From assembly GCA_963845535.1 (NCBI GenBank), contig CAWJSK010000022.1:22148-86147 (forward strand): DNA of 64,000 nt, read 5' to 3'. A model generated the notes under the pieces. It saw only the letters and a program-made list of their open reading frames with translations, was not told the DNA's origin and ran no database searches. Each line of letters begins with the position of its first letter. Position 1 is the stretch's first letter. Below are positions 40,774-49,295 of this stretch, one piece after another. The stretch is from an uncultured Spirochaetota bacterium. GTDB taxonomy: Bacteria > Spirochaetota > Spirochaetia > SZUA-6 > Fen-1364. A program made the position numbers and the translations under genes.

Positions 40774-41790
40774 ATGAGGGCAAAAGCCGGGCAGCGCTTC
40801 CTTCTCTTTGGCGCTTTCAGCATTCTTGTGGCGCTGATCCTCGCCGGCTGTCGCGGGGCACCAGTCCCCGCCACGCCATCCGGAGCTCCCTCCGTCTATG
40901 CGGCCGGCTCCGCAATCCAGGGCGGAGCGGCCGTTCCCTGCTTCTGGCAAGCGGCCAGGGAAACCGACCTTCCCACGCTCGGTCTCGCGAAAGCGCAGGC
41001 CAATTCAATATTCGTGTCGGCGTGGGGTGCGGTCTACACGGGAGGATCGTATTTCGACCGTGATAAGTCTGTTCCCTGCCGTTGGCTCGGGACGGTGAGG
41101 ACAGACCTCTCGTACGGAGCGGGCGGGACGGTGCTTGCACTCTTCGTTTCCTCCCGGGGCTGGCCCTACGCCGCAGGATTTTCCCTGATGGGGGGAAACG
41201 TCAGGCAAATTCCCTGCTATTGGGCAGGGTCGGCGCAATTCGACCTTCCGGGGGGCGACGCCGGGGCGGCACTTGCGATTTTTGTCCTTGAAGGGACCGT
41301 CTACACCGCCGGGTACTACAAGAGCAGCTCGAGGATCATCCCCTGCTACTGGCGGGGGACGAAGAGGACGGACCTCCCCTGCGGCGAAAGCGGAGGCATA
41401 GCCACCTCCATTTTTGTCTCCAAGGATTCGGTCTCTGTTGCCGGCTCCGACGGGGGAGTCCCCTGCTTCTGGAAAGGGAACACGGAAACCACTCTTTCCG
41501 GCCGCGGTCAGGCGTCTTCGATTTTCATCTCGGGGGAAACGGTGTACACGGCCGGGCAGTCAGACGGACAGGCGTGCCTATGGGCCAACGCTGCAAGAAC
41601 CATCCTTGCCGTCGACGGAGCGCAGAGCGCTGTCGCATATTCCGTACTGGTCCGGGAAGGTACCGTGTACGCTGCCGGGGTGTATTCGAAGGGAGGCAGG
41701 GACGTCCTTTGCTTGTGGACCGGCTCCGAGCGCACTGATCTCACGGACCCGACGCAAGACCTGAAAATCACGTCCGCGTTTCTGCGCTAA
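40774..41790 (+). CDS. lipoprotein with ~7 internal repeats (probable beta-propeller)
   Basis: LILAG-C lipobox; repeated VY.AG...(P/A/L)C(Y/F/L)W......DL...A.SIF. Confidence 0.7.
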   Translation: MRAKAGQRFLLFGAFSILVALILAGCRGAPVPATPSGAPSVYAAGSAIQGGAAVPCFWQAARETDLPTLGLAKAQANSIFVSAWGAVYTGGSYFDRDKSVPCRWLGTVRTDLSYGAGGTVLALFVSSRGWPYAAGFSLMGGNVRQIPCYWAGSAQFDLPGGDAGAALAIFVLEGTVYTAGYYKSSSRIIPCYWRGTKRTDLPCGESGGIATSIFVSKDSVSVAGSDGGVPCFWKGNTETTLSGRGQASSIFISGETVYTAGQSDGQACLWANAARTILAVDGAQSAVAYSVLVREGTVYAAGVYSKGGRDVLCLWTGSERTDLTDPTQDLKITSAFLR

Positions 41791-42015
41791 GCGGCGCTGG
41801 CGTCCAGCCCGCGCGTCGAGGTCAATAGGGGTACGGTTTGCCCGCCCACTCGTTATCAGCATGGGAAGCCGGTTTCCGGTCGCTTGCATAGTGCCGGGGC
41901 TATGGAGGGCAGCACCAAGTCGATGGCCAGGCGAAAAGGTAGTCCGCGTGGCAACAGAAAGCAATCTCCGGCTGTCAGGTGCACCGCCTCGGGAACGTCC
42001 TCTATAGACAGCAAG

Positions 42016-42103
42016 TGGGGAATCTTGCTGACCCCGACGTGCTCCCAGGTGGGGAATCTACCTGACCCTGGCTATCCCGCACCTGGGGAATCTACCTGAC
42101 CCC
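42016..42103. repeat. three direct repeats TGGGGAATCT(TG/AC)CTGACCC with 34-bp period
   Basis: Copies start at 42016, 42050 and 42084, separated by different ~15-bp spacers. Confidence 0.9.
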
Positions 42104-42144
42104 GGACCCTCGTCAACCTTGTCTTTAAACTAGTATCCTATAGC

Positions 42145-42324
42145 AGGGGGTAGCATACGAACCGTACGTCATATCAAGGAACGCGTTCTGAAGCTTGGTC
42201 AGGAGCGAATCCAGGGCCGATCTGCCTGGAGCGGCCCGGATCCGGAAGGCGAGGGTTGCCGCGAAGCTCCAAACGGCCTGACCAAAGCACCACTTCCGTA
42301 GGTTCTCGCGGAATGCCTACCCCT
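42145..42324 (+). ncRNA. ~180-nt rod-shaped structured RNA, 6S (ssrS)-like candidate
   Basis: Nested pairings GGGGTAGCAT/ATGCCTACCCC, GAACCGTACG/CGTAGGTTC, central bubble, GCTTGGTCAGG/CCTGACCAAAGC; a -10-like TATCCT lies 6 nt upstream. Confidence 0.55.
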
Positions 42325-42369
42325 CAACCTTCTCTCTCAGCGGGCTAGTCCGTGACGCGGACCTCCCTG

Positions 42370-42648
42370 TCACGCGGCACGCTCCGCGCTCAGAGGCGCG
42401 TTGGACACGGTCCCGATAGGAAGTTCAGTCTCTCGGGCTCCCGGGGTGAGCGCGTTAAACACCGTCCCAACGGGAAACTCCGTCTCGGGTGCTCCCGGGG
42501 TGAGCGCGTTAAACACCGTCCCAACGGGAAACTCCGTCTGTCGCGCTCCTGGAGTGAGCGCGTTGTTCACGGTTCCGATCGGAAGATCGGTATATTGAAA
42601 GTCCTGCACAAGAACTGTGCTGTGCGGCTTTGCGGTGATGGTCGACAT
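42370..42648 (-). CDS. 92-aa small protein with four 18-aa tandem repeats, unknown function
   Basis: RBS GGAAGGAGG before ATG; 54-nt repeats differing mostly at third codon positions; divergent from oxyR. Confidence 0.8.
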   Translation of the reverse strand: MSTITAKPHSTVLVQDFQYTDLPIGTVNNALTPGARQTEFPVGTVFNALTPGAPETEFPVGTVFNALTPGARETELPIGTVSNAPLSAERAA

Positions 42649-42728
42649 GGTCGGCCCTCCTTCCTGAATAATCGGGTCTGCTGCGACCCGTTGCCACGAG
42701 AGTAATCGTACGCAACCTCATGGGTCCA

Positions 42729-42765
42729 ATATTTTTTGTCTTTCTTTGTAATAGAGAGAAGCTAT
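42729..42765. promoter_or_regulatory. OxyR-type operator ATAT-N7-CTTT-N7-ATAG-N7-CTAT
   Basis: 14 of 16 matches to the E. coli ATAG-N7-CTAT-N7-ATAG-N7-CTAT consensus; overlaps the oxyR ATG. Confidence 0.75.
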
Positions 42766-43684
42766 GGGTCTTGCCACCGTAACACTCCGCAATCTGGAGT
42801 ACATCGTCGCAGTAGCCGAAGAGGCGCACTTCGGCCGCGCCGCCCACCGATGCAACGTGAGCCAACCGACGCTGAGCGCCCAAATCCAGCGCCTCGAACG
42901 CTCATTGGGGACAAAGATTTTCGAACGCCGCGGCCGGCTCGTCCGTATTACCAATCGTGGCGAACAGCTCATCGAGCAGGCGAAACTCATCCTCGAGCAA
43001 ACGCGCAAGCTCGAGAGCCTGGCGCGCAGGGATTCGAGGCCACTGTGCGAGAGTTTCAGGCTCGGGGTCATCGCCACCCTTGGCCCCTATCTGCTTCCTT
43101 ATCTCGTGCGTCCACTCAAGAAGGCCTACCCCGATCTCGATCTGGTTCTCGTAGAGGGACTTACCAGATCTCTCCTGGAACAGCTCCGCTTCGGGCGGCT
43201 GGACGGCCTGCTTGCATCGATCCCCCTCCCCGCGGGGGATTTTCAGACCGAAAAGCTCTTTCTTGAGCCCTTCCTTCTCGCCTTGACTCCAGGCCACAGG
43301 CTTGCACGTGTCGAGCACCTGAGTCCCGAGATGCTGGTCGCGGAGGAGATGTTGCTCCTCCAGGACGGCCATTGTCTACGCGACCAGGCCCTCGAAGTCT
43401 GTCCCGACCAGCACAGCAAGCTTCACGAGCGCTATCAGGCCACAAGCCTTGAAACCATGCGCCAAATGGTGGCAATCGGTCTGGGCTACACGTTGATGCC
43501 TGCGCTTGCCGCGGTGGACAACGGCATGCTCAAGGGGCTCATCCGCTACCGTAGCTTTGTCAAGGATCCTCCTGGCAGGCTCATCGGTCTCGCCTGGCGG
43601 CGTGGCAGCTCGAGTGCGGCCGACGCGGTTGCGCTGGCCGCCTTCATCAGGAAGAATCTGCCCGGACAAGTCCAGAAGGCCTGA
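42764..43684 (+). CDS. oxyR: LysR-family hydrogen peroxide sensor OxyR
   Basis: LEYIVAVAE..HFGRAA..C.VSQPTLSAQI; LLLQDGHCLRDQALEVC (both redox Cys); ATSLET.RQMV. Confidence 0.88.
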   Translation: MGLATVTLRNLEYIVAVAEEAHFGRAAHRCNVSQPTLSAQIQRLERSLGTKIFERRGRLVRITNRGEQLIEQAKLILEQTRKLESLARRDSRPLCESFRLGVIATLGPYLLPYLVRPLKKAYPDLDLVLVEGLTRSLLEQLRFGRLDGLLASIPLPAGDFQTEKLFLEPFLLALTPGHRLARVEHLSPEMLVAEEMLLLQDGHCLRDQALEVCPDQHSKLHERYQATSLETMRQMVAIGLGYTLMPALAAVDNGMLKGLIRYRSFVKDPPGRLIGLAWRRGSSSAADAVALAAFIRKNLPGQVQKA

Positions 43685-43715
43685 GCCGCGATGCTTTGAG
43701 AGCCCTGCTCCATTA

Positions 43716-45464
43716 CTACGTAGTGGCTACAGCGGGGTTAGGGACTCGCCTCAGAAAAAACGGATTATAAAGTACGCTTCGCGGAGCTCTCAACCTGCTC
43801 ATCGACAGCCCCTTCGACCTGCGCTCCAGGCTGAACTTTTCCACGCGCACCAGCGAAGGGCCCGCGCCGGACCAGCGCGGCTCGAGCGTGGCAACCCCGC
43901 GGGGAACCGTGAACTTCGTGACCACGGACTGCCTCGGACCCGGCTCGACGTGAACAGCCGCAAAGCTCCAGCTGAGAACCTTTCCGTTCGCGTCACGGGA
44001 GACGAGCTCCATGCTGAGTGACCCGGTCCCATCGCGTGAAGCGTTCGAGCTCAACACCAGCTTGTCACCCGCGGTGACGGGTATCCGCAGACCGGATGTG
44101 AGTGACCAGTCCAGCAAACCCGTGTGGGAAACCGAAACGGCCACCGGCATTCCGGCGTGGTCGTTTTCCACGGAAGTCGTCCCGGCATTCGCCTCACGCG
44201 TCCAGAGCTTTGCCCACGCATCCACCGGGATGTCGATGGCTTGAACCGCGCGGGACGCGAAATCTGCCATGGTTGGTTTGTCCTGGTCTGGCGCGATTGT
44301 CTGGGTTGCGTCCAGGCCAAGGGCGCTCAGGCAGCCAGCGTCCACCTGGATCCCCCGCCGCCAGCTCGGCTCCGCGTACGTCACGAGCCCGAAGTCGGTT
44401 TCGTAGTCCCACATGCACCAGCCGATCCCCATGGATTCAAGGCTGCGCCGTACATCCGCTATCCAGCGAAGCCGGTCGGCAGCGGGAGCCACCTTGCGGT
44501 ACACGCCGAACTCCCCGCAGAAAACCGGCACGTGGTTGGCCGCGGCCCACGCCGCTGCCCGTTCCAGCCCTGCGCGCACACGCGCCTCGTCCCAGTCTTC
44601 GGTCCCGTAGCGGATGACCTGGGCGCGTGCCTTTGGATCTTCGAGTGCGGCAGCCGGACCGGCAACCGCTGCCGGGCTGGAAGGGTAGGGGATGCCCGAG
44701 AGCTCTGCCTGGATGGGGCCCGTCCACGTTGCCCCCTGATGCGTGAAGGTGAAAGGGTCATACCAGTGGAAGCTGTACACGACGTTGCGGTCCTCAAGCG
44801 GCTTCAACTCCAAAAGGCCGTCGATCCCGCCCCAGCGTTCCCCGGTCACGATGATCGTGCTGGACGGGGCTCCCCGCCGAATGGCCGCTACGAGGGACCG
44901 TTGGACCGGCTGCCACCATGCGGGATCCACGTTCTCCCGCGCGCTGAGGTGGGGTTCATTCATGACCTCGAAAAAGATGCGGTCCGCGGAAATGGCCGCG
45001 AAATGCCCAGCCAGGGTTTCCCAGTAGGTTTCGACCTTGCCGAGAAAGGCGGGGTCATGGTCGAGCCCCTTCTCCCATTCGTCCGTTTCCGAGGAGCCGT
45101 GGATAGGATCCAGGATGACCGCCAGTCCGGCGTCAAGAAGCAGGCGCACGGCGTGATCCACTGAAATGATCACCGGCTTCGGGGTCGAGAGATCAGAAGC
45201 GTCGAAAAGCAGGTCAGGGTCCAGCGGCAGGCGGCAGACGGTGAAGCCGGCTTTCTTAAGGAACGCGGCTTCCTTTGGCCCGAACGCGGTTGCGTACGAG
45301 GCCGGATTGGCCCAAGGTGAAAACCAGTTGTTGAAGTTGATTCCGTGGGCCAGCAGGGCCAGGCGCTGAGGAGGGACCTCGTTCAGCGCCTGGGCGTTGG
45401 AGGGCGCACCACGGAAAGCAAAAGCCATGCAAACGGCCAGAATGAAAGCGCTGCGCTGTCTCAT
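43716..45464 (-). CDS. exported glycoside hydrolase family 5 with C-terminal carbohydrate-binding-like domain
   Basis: GINF.NW, RLP, FEVMNEP, SFHWYDP..FTHQGA.W, FCGEFG, GW..W. Confidence 0.9.
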   Translation of the reverse strand: MRQRSAFILAVCMAFAFRGAPSNAQALNEVPPQRLALLAHGINFNNWFSPWANPASYATAFGPKEAAFLKKAGFTVCRLPLDPDLLFDASDLSTPKPVIISVDHAVRLLLDAGLAVILDPIHGSSETDEWEKGLDHDPAFLGKVETYWETLAGHFAAISADRIFFEVMNEPHLSARENVDPAWWQPVQRSLVAAIRRGAPSSTIIVTGERWGGIDGLLELKPLEDRNVVYSFHWYDPFTFTHQGATWTGPIQAELSGIPYPSSPAAVAGPAAALEDPKARAQVIRYGTEDWDEARVRAGLERAAAWAAANHVPVFCGEFGVYRKVAPAADRLRWIADVRRSLESMGIGWCMWDYETDFGLVTYAEPSWRRGIQVDAGCLSALGLDATQTIAPDQDKPTMADFASRAVQAIDIPVDAWAKLWTREANAGTTSVENDHAGMPVAVSVSHTGLLDWSLTSGLRIPVTAGDKLVLSSNASRDGTGSLSMELVSRDANGKVLSWSFAAVHVEPGPRQSVVTKFTVPRGVATLEPRWSGAGPSLVRVEKFSLERRSKGLSMSRLRAPRSVLYNPFFLRRVPNPAVATT

Positions 45465-45742
45465 TCCTCGAGCCTATCCGATTTCCGTGGTCGAGGTCCT
45501 GCAGGGTTCCGAGTTGCCCAGAATCTGGCAGACGGCGTCCGCGGTCTTCTCCGCCTGAGGCGGAACAACCGCTGGCAAGGATCCATCAGCGTTTGCGCTC
45601 AATAATACAAACGATCATCAAGCGGAGCAATTGGCGACATTCTGCGGCCATAGCGTTGCTTGATTTTGACAAAAATGACCTGTTTTTGACGATTTTTCGT
45701 CCATCGTATTGACTCCTGGGCACTATCGCGTCGTACTTGCTC

Positions 45743-47548
45743 ATGAAATCGTCAGTGCTCCAGACCGCCTCCAGAAGGGCTTTCCCTGTGGCTGACCCCG
45801 AAACCCCCGAGCTGTTTCGGGACCAATTCCCATTCTCCGAGGTGCCCAGGATTCTGTTCGATGGAATTGAGGTGCCGCTTTCACCGCCCGGCGAGATATG
45901 GATAACGGACACTACGTTCCGTGACGGCCAGCAGGCGCGGCCGCCGTACACTCCAAAGCAAGTCGCCGAGATCTACACGCTCCTGCACCGGCTGGGCGGG
46001 CCAAAAGGGATCATCCGTCAGAGCGAGTTCTTTCTGTACAGCAAGGGCGACAGGGAAGCGGTCCAGGAGTGCCTTTCCCTTGGCCATGATTTCCCCGAGG
46101 TCACGGGGTGGATCAGGGCAAACGCAGCGGACCTTGGAGTTGTGAAGGACCTGGGAATCAGGGAAACCGGCATCCTCACTTCCGCCTCTGATTACCACAT
46201 CTTTCTGAAGCTCAAAACGACCCGGCGAAAAGCCATGGACGAATACCTCGGCGTCGTAAAGGAGGCGCTGGCCCAGGGGATCAGGATCAGGTGCCACCTG
46301 GAAGACATCACCCGGGCGGACATCCACCGCTTTTGCCTGCCGTTTGCCGAGGAGCTGTTGAAGCTTGGCGATGAGAGCGGGATTCCCGTGAAAGTCCGGC
46401 TCTGCGACACCATGGGCTACGGGGTGACGTACCCGGGCGCGGTCCTGCCGCGAAGCATTCCCCGGCTCGTGCACGCGTTTGTCCGCGAGCTGGGCTACCC
46501 GTCCGAGCTCCTGGAGTGGCACGGGCATAACGACTTCCACAAGGTCCACGTGAACGCCGCCACGGCCTGGCTCTACGGCGTCTCCGCCCTCAACGCAACG
46601 GTGTTCGGGTTCGGGGAGCGCACCGGCAATCCTCCGTTGGAAGCCGCGGTGATGGAGTACATCGCGCTGCGGGGGACGGAGGACGGGATGGACACTCGCG
46701 TCATCAGCGAAATGGCTGAGTACTTCCGCGCCGCCATCAAGGCCCCCATTCCGTCGAACTACCCGTTCGTCGGCGCGGAGTTCAATACCACGCGCGCGGG
46801 GATCCACGCGGACGGGATCATGAAGAACCCGGAGATCTACAACATCTTCGACACGGAGAAGATCCTCGGGAGGCCCATCCGCGTCATGGTGACGGACAAG
46901 TCCGGCATGGCCGGAATTGCGCAGTGGCTGAATGAGAACGTGCCGTCACTCACGGGTATAAGGTCCGCGCCTTTGGGGAAGCGCCACCCCGGCGTGCGCC
47001 ACATTGGCGCCTGGGTCGCGGAAGAGTACGAGCAAGGGCGGACAACGAGCATCTCCACGGAAGAGCTGATAGCGCAGGCACGGCATTACCTGCCCCACCT
47101 GTTTGTCTCCGACTTCCAGCGGATCAAGAACGCCGCCATAGAAAAGGCGCGCGGACTTGCCCAGGAGATCTCCGCTTCGCCTTCGGTCAAGGCGCTTCAG
47201 GGGGCCGACATGGAGCGTTTCCTGGGAGACGTGGTCAAGCGAGAGGCTTCCATCCAGCTTGTGGCCATCACGAACACGGAGGGGAGACGGATCAGCCAGG
47301 TGCACACGCAACGAGGGGAGAAGGCGCTTTTCCGCAATCTCCTTACGAAGGACTTCCGGAAGCACGAATGGTTCGTGAACGTGCTGGAGACCGGCCAGCC
47401 CTACTACTCTGACCTGTTGTTCTCCAAGTACACGGGCAGGCTCATCATGACGGCGGCGCTTCCCATCATTCAGGAGGACGCGTCACTGCATGCCGTCATC
47501 GACATCGACTTCATCTTCGATGAGCTGGCCAAGCTCGTGGACACGTGA
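45743..47548 (+). CDS. DRE-TIM metallolyase, Re-citrate synthase-like, with C-terminal PDC/Cache-like domain
   Basis: WITDTTFRDGQQ, IRQSEFFLYS, SASDYHIF.KL, HLEDITRAD, CDTMG, EWHGHNDF, GERTGN, TRAGIHADG. Confidence 0.8.
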   Translation: MKSSVLQTASRRAFPVADPETPELFRDQFPFSEVPRILFDGIEVPLSPPGEIWITDTTFRDGQQARPPYTPKQVAEIYTLLHRLGGPKGIIRQSEFFLYSKGDREAVQECLSLGHDFPEVTGWIRANAADLGVVKDLGIRETGILTSASDYHIFLKLKTTRRKAMDEYLGVVKEALAQGIRIRCHLEDITRADIHRFCLPFAEELLKLGDESGIPVKVRLCDTMGYGVTYPGAVLPRSIPRLVHAFVRELGYPSELLEWHGHNDFHKVHVNAATAWLYGVSALNATVFGFGERTGNPPLEAAVMEYIALRGTEDGMDTRVISEMAEYFRAAIKAPIPSNYPFVGAEFNTTRAGIHADGIMKNPEIYNIFDTEKILGRPIRVMVTDKSGMAGIAQWLNENVPSLTGIRSAPLGKRHPGVRHIGAWVAEEYEQGRTTSISTEELIAQARHYLPHLFVSDFQRIKNAAIEKARGLAQEISASPSVKALQGADMERFLGDVVKREASIQLVAITNTEGRRISQVHTQRGEKALFRNLLTKDFRKHEWFVNVLETGQPYYSDLLFSKYTGRLIMTAALPIIQEDASLHAVIDIDFIFDELAKLVDT

Positions 47549-47568
47549 GCGGCGTCGCGCTACGCCGC
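47549..47568. terminator. hairpin between convergent genes
   Basis: GCGGCGT-N6-ACGCCGC. Confidence 0.45.
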
Positions 47569-47572
47569 CGGG

Positions 47573-48070
47573 CTATGCCGCATACGGGTCCTTTCGCATG
47601 CGCCAGATAATGAGGATTGGCGCGACCACCCACGCCGCGTTCGCCCCAATGACGTTGATGAGGTGAGGGGTTGCATGCGGCCCCCAGATCTCCTCACTCA
47701 GGATGATCGTCACGTTGGTGAGCATGACGGAGGCGTAGATGATGCTCGGCACCCTGATCCAGTTGCGCGCCCGCCAGAACGCGTAGATCGCAAACGCGTA
47801 GAAAGGCCCGAAGAAGATCGCGTCGATCCAGATGGTTGCCCGCCACCATACCGGGCGCGCGTTCAGGAGCGGGTCGAATGACTGCCCCCACCAGTGGCCA
47901 AGGTCCACGACGAACCGCGGCGGCCAGGCAGGGTACGTGAAGTGCGAGGTGTCAGGGATCACGATCTGCTCGATGTCGAAGAAGTAGCTGATTGCGAACA
48001 GGTTGAAGATGAAGTAGATGACGAGGATCAGGTCCAGCGTGCGTTTTCGCAGCGGCAACGCGTTTTGCAT
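47573..48070 (-). CDS. EXPERA/emopamil-binding-like 4-TM membrane protein
   Basis: Four hydrophobic helices, D.EQ, DPLL..RP.W......D..F.GPFY. Confidence 0.65.
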   Translation of the reverse strand: MQNALPLRKRTLDLILVIYFIFNLFAISYFFDIEQIVIPDTSHFTYPAWPPRFVVDLGHWWGQSFDPLLNARPVWWRATIWIDAIFFGPFYAFAIYAFWRARNWIRVPSIIYASVMLTNVTIILSEEIWGPHATPHLINVIGANAAWVVAPILIIWRMRKDPYAA

Positions 48071-48171
48071 GCGGCGGCTCCTTTTTCAGTGCTATGCCGC
48101 CACTGTAGCACAAGCGCGTTGCCGGCGAAACTGGTCACGGGAGGCGCAGGGCTTGCGCCGCCCGCCGCGTT

Positions 48172-49251
48172 TTACTCCTTGAACAGGTACAGGTACTGGC
48201 CGTAGCCTTCCTTCTGCATGTCCGCCACGGGGACAAAGCGCAGCGATGCAGAGTCCATGCAGTAGCGCTGACCCGTGGGCGCGGGCCCGTCATCGAAGAG
48301 GTGGCCCAGGTGGGAACCGGCGTAGCGGCTCTTCACCTCCGTGCGGACCATCATGAAGCTGTTGTCCACCTTCATCACGATGTTGCCCGGCGCGAGGGGA
48401 CGCGTGAAGCTTGGCCAGCCCGTTCCTGACTCGAACTTGTCCGTGGAGCTGAAAAGGGGCTCTCCCGAGACAATGTCCACGTAGATCCCCGCCTTGTGAT
48501 TGTTCCAGTACTCATTGTCGAAAGGCGGCTCCGTTCCCTCTTGCTGGGTGACCTCGAACTGCATTCCGTTCAGCATCTTCTTGAGCTGCTCGACTCCGGG
48601 CTTGTGATAGGTGCCGTCCCGCGCTGAGGGGGGCGCCGCCGGATCCAGAAGCGCCGACGGTCCCCAGTACTTCACGAAGACCTGGTCACGCCCCGACTGC
48701 GAGCGGTATGCCTCATAGGCGCTGGGATTCTTCCGCGCGTAGTCCTGCTGGATCTCTTCCGCCGGGTAGAATGCGGACGCCTTGCTGATCTCCGTGACAA
48801 CGGGCGCCTTGAACCGCCCTGACTTTGCCAGCGCCGCTTTCGACGCTTCGGCTTCCCGGCGTTGCGTATCATCCATCCAGAAGATGACAGGGCGATACTG
48901 CGGGCCTCGGTCAACGAACTGGCCGCCTTTGTCCGTCGGGTCGGTATGGCGCCAATACGCGTCCAACAGGTCCTTGTAGGACACGCGTGACGGATCATAG
49001 ATCACCTTCACCGCTTCCACGTGCCCCGCCTCGGCATATGTCTGGTAGCTGGGGTTACGGCTCGTGCCTCCCGTGTAGCCTGAAGTGACCGACATGACCC
49101 CGTAAACCTTCTCGAAAGCCGACTGCATGCTCCAAAAGCATCCTCCGGCAAACACGGCCGCGGCGGTGCCCTCCGGGCTGTCGGCAAACGCGGCGCCGGC
49201 GCTTACAGTTGCCGCCGCCACTATCAACAAGAATGTGCGTATGTGCCTCAT
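48172..49251 (-). CDS. msrAB: exported bifunctional methionine sulfoxide reductase MsrA-MsrB
   Basis: Signal peptide, [40 protein letters not shown]. Confidence 0.93.
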   Translation of the reverse strand: MRHIRTFLLIVAAATVSAGAAFADSPEGTAAAVFAGGCFWSMQSAFEKVYGVMSVTSGYTGGTSRNPSYQTYAEAGHVEAVKVIYDPSRVSYKDLLDAYWRHTDPTDKGGQFVDRGPQYRPVIFWMDDTQRREAEASKAALAKSGRFKAPVVTEISKASAFYPAEEIQQDYARKNPSAYEAYRSQSGRDQVFVKYWGPSALLDPAAPPSARDGTYHKPGVEQLKKMLNGMQFEVTQQEGTEPPFDNEYWNNHKAGIYVDIVSGEPLFSSTDKFESGTGWPSFTRPLAPGNIVMKVDNSFMMVRTEVKSRYAGSHLGHLFDDGPAPTGQRYCMDSASLRFVPVADMQKEGYGQYLYLFKE

Positions 49252-49295
49252 TCTGAGTCTCCTTGCTCAAGTCTCCCTTGCTCAAAATCTCCTGC

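Noticed and set aside
42016..42103. CRISPR mini-array
   Set aside because: Repeats of ~19 bp and spacers of ~15 bp are too short; only three copies; no cas genes
42145..42324. tmRNA, SRP RNA, RNase P RNA or retron msr-msd
   Set aside because: No tRNA-like CCA end, no SRP helix-8 CAGG/AGCA motif, no GAGGAAAGUCC, and no reverse transcriptase nearby
42395..42595. Non-coding or plus-strand reading of the 54-bp repeats (ORFs 42352-42705, 42401-42598)
   Set aside because: Synonymous variation pattern and RBS support only the minus-strand 92-aa frame
45743..47548. Assigning leuA or nifV
   Set aside because: No LeuA regulatory domain and no leu or nif context; motifs fit the Re-citrate synthase branch better
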